From Rhizobiales bacterium 64-17 (GTDB lineage: Bacteria; Pseudomonadota; Alphaproteobacteria; Rhizobiales; Xanthobacteraceae), in contig MKWA01000003.1 in assembly GCA_001899285.1 (NCBI GenBank), forward strand, positions 173,493-237,492: a DNA stretch of 64,000 nucleotides, in the 5' to 3' direction. Position 1 is the stretch's first letter. Every line of letters starts with the position of its first letter. The notes beneath the pieces are model-generated. The model did not search any database. It worked only from the letters and a program-made list of their open reading frames with translations, and was not told the origin of the DNA. This document shows positions 37,753-46,303 of this stretch, one piece after another. The translations under genes and the position numbers were made by a program.

Positions 37753-37783
37753 ACGGCGCGCCGCTCGCGCGCCGTTTTCTTTT
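37753..37783 (+). terminator. intrinsic terminator-like hairpin plus T-run between soxZ and soxB
   Basis: A 9-bp GC stem, ACGGCGCGC/GCGCGCCGT, with a 5-nt loop, followed by TTTTCTTTT. Confidence 0.65.
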
Positions 37784-37795
37784 GATAGGTGCGGA

Positions 37796-39481
37796 ATGTT
37801 TTCGAGGCGCGATCTCATGCAGCTCGCGGCGGCGACGGCTGCCGTTTTGCCATTCACCGGCGCGCGGGGCTTCGCGCAGCAGCGGCTGACGCAGGCCGAT
37901 CTTCTGAAATTCGAGCCGGTCGGCAATGTGACGCTACTGCACATCACCGACATCCACGGTCAGTTGACGCCGCTCTATTTCCGCGAGCCGTCGCTCAATC
38001 TTGGCGTCGGCGACGCCAGGGGCCAGCCGCCGCACATCACCGGCAAGGCGTTCCTGCAACGCTACGGTATTCCGGAAAAGTCGGCGGACGCCTATGCGCT
38101 GGCGTTCGAGGATTTCGAGGCGCTGGCGAAGACTTATGGCCGCATCGGCGGCCTCGACCGCGCCGCGACCGTCATCAAATCGGTGCGGGCGGAGCGCGGC
38201 GGCGACCGCGTGCTGCTGCTCGATGGCGGCGACACCTGGCAGGGTTCGCTCGGCGCGTTGCAGACCAAGGGCCAGGACATGGCCGACTGCATGAAGCTCC
38301 TCAAGCCCGACGCGATGACCGGCCATTGGGAATTCACCTATGGCGAAGCGCGGGTGAAGGAGCTGATCAAGTCGCAGGACTTCGCGTTCCTCGCGCTCAA
38401 CGTCCGCGACAACGACTGGCAGGAGCCGGTGTTCGAGCCGTACAAGATGTTCGAGCGCGGCGGCGTCAAGATCGCCGTGCTGGGACAGGCGTTCCCGTAT
38501 ACGCCGGTCGCCAATCCGCGCTGGATGGTGCCGAACTGGTCGTTCGGCATTCGCGAGGACGACGTGCGCGCCAACGTCGAGAAGGTGCGCAAGGAAGGCG
38601 CGCAGCTCGTCGTGCTGCTGTCGCACAACGGCTTCGACGTCGACCGCAAGCTCGCCGCGCGCGTTCCCGGCATCGACGTGATCCTCACCGGCCACACTCA
38701 CGATGCGCTGCCCGAGGCGGTGAAGGTCGGCAACACGCTGCTGATCGCGTCCGGTTGTCACGGCAAGTTCGTCTCGCGGCTCGACCTTGACGTGCAGGGC
38801 GGCGCGGTGAAGGGCTTCCGCTACAAGCTGATCCCGCTGTTCGCCGACGTGATCGCGCCCGACGCGGAGATGGCCGCTGCCGTCGAAAAGGCGCGCGCGC
38901 CGTTCGCCGCCGAGCTCAAGCGGGAGGTCGGCCGCACTGACTCGCTGCTGTACCGCCGCGGCAACTTCGCCGGCACCTTCGACGATCTCATTTGCGCGGC
39001 GCTGCTGCAGGAGCGTGACGCCGAGATCGCGCTGTCGCCAGGCTTCCGCTGGGGCACCAGCGTGCTGCCGGGGCAGGCGATCACCATGGAGGACATCCAC
39101 AACGCCACCGCGATCACCTATCCGGCGGTGTACCGCATGACCATGAGCGGCGAGCGGCTCAAGGAAGTGCTGGAGGACGTGGCCGACAACCTGTTCAACC
39201 CGGACCCGTACTACCAGCAGGGCGGCGACATGGTGCGTTGCGGCGGGCTCGGCTACACGATCGATATCGGCAAGCCGGCCGGGCAGCGCATCTCGGACAT
39301 GACGACGCTGAAGACCGGGCAGGCGATCGATCCGAAGCGCGATTACACCGTGGCCGGCTGGGCCAGCGTCAACGAGGGGACCGAAGGCCCGCCGGTGTGG
39401 GATCTGGTCGAGCACTACGTGGCGAAGCAAAAGACCGTCCGCATCCAGCCGGGCGACTCCGTGAAAATCCGCGGTGCGTAG
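37796..39481 (+). CDS. soxB: SoxB, thiosulfohydrolase (5'-nucleotidase/metallophosphoesterase fold)
   Basis: Tat signal RRDLMQLAAATAAV. Metallophosphoesterase motifs LLHITDIHGQ, GGDTWQGS, SHNG and GHTHD. 561 aa. Confidence 0.95.
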   Translation: MFSRRDLMQLAAATAAVLPFTGARGFAQQRLTQADLLKFEPVGNVTLLHITDIHGQLTPLYFREPSLNLGVGDARGQPPHITGKAFLQRYGIPEKSADAYALAFEDFEALAKTYGRIGGLDRAATVIKSVRAERGGDRVLLLDGGDTWQGSLGALQTKGQDMADCMKLLKPDAMTGHWEFTYGEARVKELIKSQDFAFLALNVRDNDWQEPVFEPYKMFERGGVKIAVLGQAFPYTPVANPRWMVPNWSFGIREDDVRANVEKVRKEGAQLVVLLSHNGFDVDRKLAARVPGIDVILTGHTHDALPEAVKVGNTLLIASGCHGKFVSRLDLDVQGGAVKGFRYKLIPLFADVIAPDAEMAAAVEKARAPFAAELKREVGRTDSLLYRRGNFAGTFDDLICAALLQERDAEIALSPGFRWGTSVLPGQAITMEDIHNATAITYPAVYRMTMSGERLKEVLEDVADNLFNPDPYYQQGGDMVRCGGLGYTIDIGKPAGQRISDMTTLKTGQAIDPKRDYTVAGWASVNEGTEGPPVWDLVEHYVAKQKTVRIQPGDSVKIRGA

Positions 39482-39556
39482 CGCGGATTCGCTCTTACAT
39501 TCAAAAGTGTCTATGTGATAGGACTACCCGGAGAAACTTTTACTCCGGGAAACGTC

Positions 39557-40834
39557 ATGAGTGACACGAACGTCTCCGCAAGTCCGTCACGGCGCCGGTT
39601 TCTTGCTACGGCGTCCGGCCTCGTCGCCGCCGGCGTCGCGTCGCCGGTGCTCGCGCAGGACGCGAAAATCGACGCCAAGGCGTTGCCGCCCAATGTGGCG
39701 GACTGGAGCAAGGCGCTGGGCGAGGGCGTGGTCGCCCATCCTTACGGCTCGCCGTCGAAATTCGAGAAGCACGTCATCCGCCGCGATGTCGAGTGGCTCA
39801 CCGCGAGCCGCGAGTCATCGGTGAGCTTCACGCCGCTGCATGAACTCGACGGCATCATCACGCCGAACGGTTTGTGCTTCGAGCGGCATCACTCCGGCGT
39901 CGCCGAGGTGGCCCCGCAGGATTACCGGCTGATGATCCACGGCCTGGTCGAGCGGCCGATGATCTTCACGTTCGACGATCTCAAGCGCTTCCCGCGCGTC
40001 AACCGCATCTACTTCCTCGAATGCGCCGCCAATTCCGGCATGGAGTGGCGCGGCGCGCAGCTCAACGGCTGCCAGTATACCCACGGCATGGTCCACTGCG
40101 TGGAATATACCGGCGTGCCGCTGAAGGTGTTGCTGGCGGAATCCGGCATCAAGCCGAGCGCGAAGTGGGTGCTCGCCGAAGGCGCCGACGCCGCGGCGAT
40201 GACGCGCTCGATCCCGCTGTCGAAGATCCTCGACGATTGCCTCGTCGCCTACCGCATGAACGGCGAGATGCTGCGTCCCGAGAACGGCTATCCCGCGCGG
40301 CTCGTCGTGCCCGGCTGGGAAGGCAATATGTGGGTGAAGTGGCTGCGCCGATTGAAGCTCGGCGACGAGCCGTGGGAGACGCGCGAGGAGACGTCGAAAT
40401 ACACTGATCTCCTCGCCGACGGCAAAGCGCGCAAGCACACCTTCGTCATGGATGCCAAGTCGATCATCACCTCGCCGTCGCCGCAGGCGCCGATCAAGGG
40501 CAAGGGCTTCACGGTGATCTCCGGTCTCGCGTGGTCGGGGCGCGGCAAGGTCAAGCGCGTCGATGTCTCGGTCGACGGCGGGCGCAACTGGCGCGAGGCG
40601 ACCATCGACGGTCTGGTGCTCGACAAGGCGTGCGTGCGGTTCTACGCGCAGACGCAGTGGAACGGCGAGCCGTGGCTGTTGCAGTCGCGCGTCATCGACG
40701 AGACCGGCTATGTGCAGCCGAGCAAGGACGACCTGCGCAAGATCCGCGGCGTCAACTCCATCTACCATAACAACGGCATCCAGACTTATGCGGTGAAGCC
40801 GGACGGCGAGGTCGAGAATGTCGAAGTATCGTAA
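39557..40834 (+). CDS. soxC: SoxC, molybdopterin sulfane/sulfite dehydrogenase subunit
   Basis: ATG 39557 with Tat signal SRRRFLATASG. Sulfite-oxidase-fold motifs include YFLECAANSG. Confidence 0.9.
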   Translation: MSDTNVSASPSRRRFLATASGLVAAGVASPVLAQDAKIDAKALPPNVADWSKALGEGVVAHPYGSPSKFEKHVIRRDVEWLTASRESSVSFTPLHELDGIITPNGLCFERHHSGVAEVAPQDYRLMIHGLVERPMIFTFDDLKRFPRVNRIYFLECAANSGMEWRGAQLNGCQYTHGMVHCVEYTGVPLKVLLAESGIKPSAKWVLAEGADAAAMTRSIPLSKILDDCLVAYRMNGEMLRPENGYPARLVVPGWEGNMWVKWLRRLKLGDEPWETREETSKYTDLLADGKARKHTFVMDAKSIITSPSPQAPIKGKGFTVISGLAWSGRGKVKRVDVSVDGGRNWREATIDGLVLDKACVRFYAQTQWNGEPWLLQSRVIDETGYVQPSKDDLRKIRGVNSIYHNNGIQTYAVKPDGEVENVEVS

Positions 40835-41543
40835 CATCGCATTCGCCGCCGCCGCTGTGCTGCTGCTCGGCTGCGCCGGTGCATCGGCGCAGCCCGCCAA
40901 ACAGACCGCGAAGCCGGCGGCGAAAGCCGAGGCTGCCAAACCGGACGCCAAGCCGGACGCGCGTCTCCATATCGGCCAGCCGGCGACTGCGCAGCAGATC
41001 GCCGGCTGGGACATCGACATCCGTCCGGACGGGCAGGGCGCGCCGCCCGGCCAGGGCTCGGTGAAGCAGGGCGAAGAAATCTACATGGCCAAATGCGCGG
41101 CCTGCCATGGCGAGTTCGGCGAGAGCGCCGGCCGCTGGCCGCAGCTCTCCGGCGGCGCGGGCTCGATCGCCTCGCCCGATCCGGTGAAGACGGTCGGCTC
41201 CTATTTCGGCAGCGTCTCGACCGTGCTCGATTATGTCCGCCGCGCCATGCCGTTCGGCGATGCGCAATCGTTGACCAATGACGAGCTTTACGCGGTGGTC
41301 GCTTACGTCCTCAATCTCAACGACGTGGTCGACGACAAATTCGTGCTGTCGAAGGACACGCTCGCCAAGGTGAAGATGCCCAATGCCGGAGGCTTCTTCG
41401 AGGACGACCGCGAGACCGCGGAAAAGAGCTTCTGGAACCCGAAGCCCTGCATGAGCAACTGCAAGCCGGAGGCGACAATCACCGGCCGCGCGCGGGTGAT
41501 CGACGTGACGCCCGAGGACAAGTCCGCCGGCAAGGTGGAATAG
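40818..41543 (+). CDS. soxD: SoxD, cytochrome c subunit of SoxCD (single CxxCH)
   Basis: Overlaps the soxC end by 17 nt. It has a signal peptide and one heme motif, CAACHG. Confidence 0.8.
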   Translation: MSKYRNIAFAAAAVLLLGCAGASAQPAKQTAKPAAKAEAAKPDAKPDARLHIGQPATAQQIAGWDIDIRPDGQGAPPGQGSVKQGEEIYMAKCAACHGEFGESAGRWPQLSGGAGSIASPDPVKTVGSYFGSVSTVLDYVRRAMPFGDAQSLTNDELYAVVAYVLNLNDVVDDKFVLSKDTLAKVKMPNAGGFFEDDRETAEKSFWNPKPCMSNCKPEATITGRARVIDVTPEDKSAGKVE

Positions 41544-41563
41544 AACCTGCCGCACCATGCTTC

Positions 41564-41596
41564 CGGCGCAGAGGCCGTCTGCGCCGGGCCGTTTTG
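41564..41596 (+). terminator. rho-independent terminator after soxD
   Basis: A 10-bp stem, CCGGCGCAGA/TCTGCGCCGG, with a 5-nt loop, followed by GCCGTTTT. Confidence 0.65.
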
Positions 41597-41646
41597 CCAG
41601 TCGTCGGCGTTTCCCCTAAGAACGATGCCAACAATCGGGGGAAATA

Positions 41647-42633
41647 ATGTCGAAGCTGAAACTCTCCGTCGCCGTCGGACCCTATGACCGCACCCGCGCC
41701 CTGATCGACGGGACGGTGCAGATCGACGGCGTCGATCCGGTCTGCATGACGCTGTCGCCGGAAGAGATTTTCTTCCGCGCCTTCCGCAACGCCGAGTTCG
41801 ACATCTGCGAGTTGTCGCTGTCGAGTTCGACGGTGAAGACCGCGATGGGCAATTTCCCCTATGTCGGCGTGCCGGCGTTCGTCTCGCGCGCGTTCCGCCA
41901 CACCTCGCTCTATGTCCGCACCGACCGCATCAAGAAGCCGCAAGACCTCAAGGGCAAGAAGATCGGCCTGCCGGAATATCAGCTCACCGCCAATGTCTGG
42001 GCGCGGGCGCTGCTGCAGGACGATTTCGGCGTGAAGCCGTCGGATGTCACCTGGGTTCGCGGCGGCATCGAGGACGCGGACCGGCCGGAGAAGATCGCGC
42101 TGAAGCTGCCGCCGGAGATCAAGCTCGAAGCGGCACCCGAGGGCAAAAGCATTTCGCGGCTGCTGGCCGAAGGCGCGATCGACGGCTTCATGGCGCCGCG
42201 TCCGCCGTCGCTGCCGGCCGGTACGCCGAACGTCGGATGGCTGTTTCCCGATCCGGTCGCGGCGGCGAAGGATTATTTCAAGCGCACCGGCATTTTCCCG
42301 ATCATGCATATCGTCGGCGTGCGGCGTGAGCTTGCCGAGCAGCATCCGTGGCTGCCCGGCGCGGTGCTGAAAGCGTTCGAACAGGCGAAGGCGAGGGCGC
42401 TGGAATCGTTGAGCGATACCTCGGCGACCAAGGTGACGCTGCCGTTCGTCGAGGAGCGGCTCACCGAGGCGCGCCAGACCATGGGCGAGGATTTCTGGTC
42501 CTATGGCGTCGGAGCAAACCGCAAGACGCTGGAGACGTTCTTCCAGCATCACCACAGCCAGGGCCTGTCGCCGCGCGTGGTGAAGCCCGAGGAGCTGTTT
42601 CATCCCTCGACGCTGGAGTCGTTCAAGCTCTGA
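41647..42633 (+). CDS. NMT1/PhnD-like periplasmic-binding-fold protein (family often annotated 4,5-dihydroxyphthalate decarboxylase)
   Basis: 328 aa with no signal peptide. The N-terminus MSKLKLSVAVGPYDRTRALIDGTVQIDGVDPV...EEIFFRAF matches that family as I recall it. Confidence 0.6.
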   Translation: MSKLKLSVAVGPYDRTRALIDGTVQIDGVDPVCMTLSPEEIFFRAFRNAEFDICELSLSSSTVKTAMGNFPYVGVPAFVSRAFRHTSLYVRTDRIKKPQDLKGKKIGLPEYQLTANVWARALLQDDFGVKPSDVTWVRGGIEDADRPEKIALKLPPEIKLEAAPEGKSISRLLAEGAIDGFMAPRPPSLPAGTPNVGWLFPDPVAAAKDYFKRTGIFPIMHIVGVRRELAEQHPWLPGAVLKAFEQAKARALESLSDTSATKVTLPFVEERLTEARQTMGEDFWSYGVGANRKTLETFFQHHHSQGLSPRVVKPEELFHPSTLESFKL

Positions 42634-42780
42634 CGTCTCGAAGGCGAGGTGGCGAACTCCCACCACGTCATGCGCGGACTTGTTCCGCGCTTCCACGTCT
42701 TCAGTGTCGCCAAAAAAGAAGCCGTGGATGCCCGCAATAAATGCGGGCATGACGACGGAGAGAGCAGCTTATGCCGCCTG

Positions 42781-43632
42781 CTACACCGCCATATTGTCGA
42801 TCAGCCGCGTCTTGCCGATCTTCGCCGCGACGAGCAGGCGGATCGGCCCGTCGCCGCGCGACGCGACCGGCGCCAGTGTTTTCGCGTGGCGTGCTTCCAG
42901 ATAGTCGAGCGCGAAGCCCGCGTCCGTGATCGCCTTGCGGCCGTCCGCCAGCACGGTGTCGATCGGCCGGCCCGCGCGGATATCGCGCGCGCATTGCTTC
43001 AGCGTGCGGTTGAGCACCGGCGCGACCGCGCGTTCTTGGACAGACAGATAGACGTTGCGCGAGGAGCGGGCGAGGCCGTCGCGTTCGCGCACTGTCGGAA
43101 CGCCGACCACCGTGACGCCGAGATCGAGATCCTGCGCCATCTGCGTGACGACACGCAGTTGCTGATAATCCTTCTGGCCGAACAGCGCGAAGTCCGGCCG
43201 GACCTGCGTGAACAGCTTGGCGACCACGGTGGCGACGCCGCCGAAGAAATGCGGTCGATACTTGTCCTCGAGCCCGGCGAGCGCGGCGCCTTCCGGCGCG
43301 ACGCGAGTGGCGAAGCCGTCCGGATACATGGCCTTGGCGGTCGGCGCCCAGACCACGTCGACCTTCTCCGCGCGCAACGCCGCGACATCGGCGGCGAAGG
43401 TGCGCGGGTAGGTGCCGAAGTCCTCATGCGGTGCAAACTGCGTCGGGTTGACGAAGATCGACACCACGACGCGGCGCGCGCGGCGGCGTGCCTGGCGCAC
43501 GAGTTCCAGATGGCCGGCGTGCAGCGCGCCCATGGTCGGCACGAGGGCGATGCTCTGCCGGGCGCGGCGGAACGGGTCGAGGGTCCGGCGCAGTCCGAGA
43601 ACGGAGCGGGCGATGATCGGGGTTTTGGACAT
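42781..43632 (-). CDS. panC: pantoate--beta-alanine ligase
   Basis: HIGH-type motif [15 protein letters not shown]. 283 aa. Confidence 0.95.
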   Translation of the reverse strand: MSKTPIIARSVLGLRRTLDPFRRARQSIALVPTMGALHAGHLELVRQARRRARRVVVSIFVNPTQFAPHEDFGTYPRTFAADVAALRAEKVDVVWAPTAKAMYPDGFATRVAPEGAALAGLEDKYRPHFFGGVATVVAKLFTQVRPDFALFGQKDYQQLRVVTQMAQDLDLGVTVVGVPTVRERDGLARSSRNVYLSVQERAVAPVLNRTLKQCARDIRAGRPIDTVLADGRKAITDAGFALDYLEARHAKTLAPVASRGDGPIRLLVAAKIGKTRLIDNMAV

Positions 43633-43774
43633 GAAGGCGGCTCGAATGCGGGGCAGCGGGACCCTATCAAGGTGCTGCGCTGCCGCAAACCGGCGGATTC
43701 ATGATTAAATTAGTGAAAACTTGACCCTTAACCCTGCTTTCGCGGACACTTCGGCCAACAGATGGCTGGCGCGC

Positions 43775-44698
43775 ATGTCGCTTGATTTGACGGATCAACC
43801 CAAACCGCACTCCGCTCATGTCGTCGTTCTCGGCAACGAGAAGGGCGGCTCGGGTAAATCCACGACCGCGCTGCATATCGCCGTCGCGTTGCTGAAGGCC
43901 GGGCAGCGGGTCGCGACCATCGACCTCGACAGCCGCCAGCAGAGCTTCACGCATTATATCGAGAACCGCCGCCGCTGGTCCGCGCGCGCCGGCATCCCGC
44001 TCGAACTGCCGACGCATTATTGCGTCAGCCGCGCCGAGAGCGCGTTGGTCGATGCCAACGAGGCGGCGGAATTCGACGGCTTCTCGCGCGCCATCGCCGC
44101 GGTCGAGCACACCCACGACGTGATTGTGATCGATACGCCCGGCGCCGACACCTATCTGATGCGGCTCGCGCATTCGATGGCCGACACGCTGGTCACGCCG
44201 GTCAACGACAGCTTCGTCGATTTCGACGTGCTCGGCACGCTCGACCCGACCACCTTCGCGGTCAACGGCGAAAGCCACTATGCCAGCATGGTGCGCGAGG
44301 CGCGCCGTCAGCGCCGGCTGATCGACGGCACGCTCACCGACTGGATCGTCGTGCGCAACCGTCTCTCCACCCTGTCGTCGCGCAACAAGAAGCTGGTCGG
44401 CGAGGGGCTGCTCGAACTGTCGAAGCGGCTCGGCTTCCGCCATGTGGACGGCTTCGCCGAGCGCGTGGTCTATCGCGAATTCTTCCCGCGCGGCCTGACC
44501 GCGCTCGACGAACTCGATCCCGCGGTGCTCGGCGTGCGGCCGAGCCTGTCGCACATCACCGCCCGCGAGGAGGTGCGCACGCTGCTCGCCACCCTCGATC
44601 TGCCGCTGTCGGAAAGCGGCCGCCGCCGCGCCGCCGCCCGCAAGGAATGGTACGCGGTGATGGACGAGCCGCTGCAGGTGCACGACATCATCGCCTGA
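43775..44698 (+). CDS. mipZ: division-plane positioning ATPase MipZ (ParA-like)
   Basis: Deviant Walker A GNEKGGSGKST and MipZ-like sequence ATIDLDSRQQSFTHYIENR. The start at ATG 43775 is preferred over TTG 43721. Confidence 0.85.
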   Translation: MSLDLTDQPKPHSAHVVVLGNEKGGSGKSTTALHIAVALLKAGQRVATIDLDSRQQSFTHYIENRRRWSARAGIPLELPTHYCVSRAESALVDANEAAEFDGFSRAIAAVEHTHDVIVIDTPGADTYLMRLAHSMADTLVTPVNDSFVDFDVLGTLDPTTFAVNGESHYASMVREARRQRRLIDGTLTDWIVVRNRLSTLSSRNKKLVGEGLLELSKRLGFRHVDGFAERVVYREFFPRGLTALDELDPAVLGVRPSLSHITAREEVRTLLATLDLPLSESGRRRAAARKEWYAVMDEPLQVHDIIA

Positions 44699-44808
44699 GC
44701 GGACGGCTGGACTGACAGATCGTCGCAAAGATCGGATATTGCGCGCCCCCGCGCGGACCGCCACTTTAGGCCGATGACGCAGGGCAGATTCTCTTCAAAG
44801 GACGGACG

Positions 44809-45513
44809 ATGAGCGGGGACCGGTCCCGGCCCGTCGTCGCGCCGGCGTCGAAGGATGTCGCGGCGTTCCTCGATCGCGCGCGTCAGGTCGCACCTGCTGC
44901 CACGTCCGGCACTGGCCGGCTGGTGTTCGCGCTCGACGCCACCATGAGCCGCCAGCCGACCTGGGACAGCGCCTGCGTGTTGCAGGCGGAGATGTTCCAG
45001 GAAGCCGCGGCGAGCGGCGGCCTCGCCATCCAACTCGTCTATTTTCGCGGCCTCGCGGAGTGCCGCGCCTCCGGCTTCGTGTCGCAGGCCGACAAGCTCG
45101 CGGCGCTGATGCGGCGGATCGACTGCCGCGGCGGCCATACCCAGATCGGCCGCGTGCTGTCGCACACGATCAACGAACATGCCCGGCAGCGGGTGCAGGC
45201 GGCCGTGTTCGTCGGCGACGCCATGGAAGAGAAGGTCGACGATCTTTGCGTCGCCGCCGGCCAGCTCGGGTTGCTGGGTGTGCCGCTGTTCCTGTTCCAA
45301 GAGGGCGGCGATCCGGTGGCGGAACAGGCATTTCGCGAGATGGCGCGCCTGTCGCGTGGCGGCTACAGCCGGTTTGATGCCGGCTCGGCGCGGCAACTGG
45401 CGGAGTTGCTGCGCGCGGTTGCCGCCTATGCGTCGGGCGGTCGCGCGGCGCTCGCGGCGCTGTCGGCGCGGAACAATGACGGTGCGCGGCATCTGCTCGC
45501 GCAACTGCGATAA
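44809..45513 (+). CDS. cytoplasmic von Willebrand factor A (VWA)-like domain protein
   Basis: No signal peptide. The MIDAS-like start is LVFALDATMSRQ, followed by a Rossmann-like alternation. The VWA call is from memory of this conserved alphaproteobacterial family. Confidence 0.6.
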   Translation: MSGDRSRPVVAPASKDVAAFLDRARQVAPAATSGTGRLVFALDATMSRQPTWDSACVLQAEMFQEAAASGGLAIQLVYFRGLAECRASGFVSQADKLAALMRRIDCRGGHTQIGRVLSHTINEHARQRVQAAVFVGDAMEEKVDDLCVAAGQLGLLGVPLFLFQEGGDPVAEQAFREMARLSRGGYSRFDAGSARQLAELLRAVAAYASGGRAALAALSARNNDGARHLLAQLR

Positions 45514-45525
45514 GGAGCGCCGCGC

Positions 45526-46233
45526 ATGCCGACCCTCATTATCGGCGCGCTGGTGCTCGTCACCGGACTCTGGTTGCTCGGCAAGCTGTCGCGCCTCGAT
45601 CCCAGGATCGCGACGCGGGTGGTGAAGGCGAGCGGCGGCATCCTCACGCTGTTGCTGGCCGGTTTCCTGTTTTTGCGCGGCGAGATCGGCATTGCGATTC
45701 CGGTCGGCGCGTTCGGCCTCGGTCTCCTGGGCTGGTTGCCGTTCGGCCCGGCCGGGTTCGGCGACCGCACGCGCAAGACCAGCGGAAAGACCTCGCGGGT
45801 GCAGTCGCCATTTCTGGAGATGGAACTGGATCACGACAGCGGCGCGATGCGCGGACGTTTCGTCAGCGGACGTTATCAGGGCGCGTCGCTCGACAGCCTC
45901 GAAGTCAGCGCGCTGCTCGCGGTGCTGCCGGAGATCGACGACGACAGCCGCGCGTTACTGGCAGCGTATCTTGACCGCCGGGAGCCCGGCTGGCGTGAGC
46001 ACGCGCAAGGTGACGCGGCAACGGGGCGGGGCGCTGTCCGCTCCAGCGGGAAAATGACCGAGCAGGAGGCGTATCAGATTTTGGGCGTGCAGCCGGGGGC
46101 GAGCGAAACCGAGATTTCGCGCGCGCACCGCTCGCTGATGAAGAAGCTCCACCCTGACCAGGGGGGATCGACCTATCTCGCTGCGCGGGTCAACGAGGCC
46201 AAAGAGGTGCTTACGCGCCGACATCGCCGATGA
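45526..46233 (+). CDS. membrane-anchored J-domain protein (N-terminal TM helices, C-terminal DnaJ domain)
   Basis: Two to three hydrophobic helices at the N-terminus. The C-terminal J domain reads EAYQILGVQPGASETEISRAHRSLMKKLHPDQGG, with an HPD motif. It starts 13 bp after the VWA gene. Confidence 0.8.
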   Translation: MPTLIIGALVLVTGLWLLGKLSRLDPRIATRVVKASGGILTLLLAGFLFLRGEIGIAIPVGAFGLGLLGWLPFGPAGFGDRTRKTSGKTSRVQSPFLEMELDHDSGAMRGRFVSGRYQGASLDSLEVSALLAVLPEIDDDSRALLAAYLDRREPGWREHAQGDAATGRGAVRSSGKMTEQEAYQILGVQPGASETEISRAHRSLMKKLHPDQGGSTYLAARVNEAKEVLTRRHRR

Positions 46234-46303
46234 ACTCCATACACATCATCAGCGGCTCCTGAACGAACGTCCCCCCGCTGCATGCCTCTTGTTGTGATCC
46301 GCT

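Noticed and set aside
43633-43774. Searched the panC/mipZ divergent region, and the regions upstream of divK and clpS, for CtrA boxes (TTAA-N7-TTAA).
   Set aside because: Only isolated TTAA half-sites and one GANTC were seen, and none had the correct spacing. Nothing is reportable without a matrix scan.
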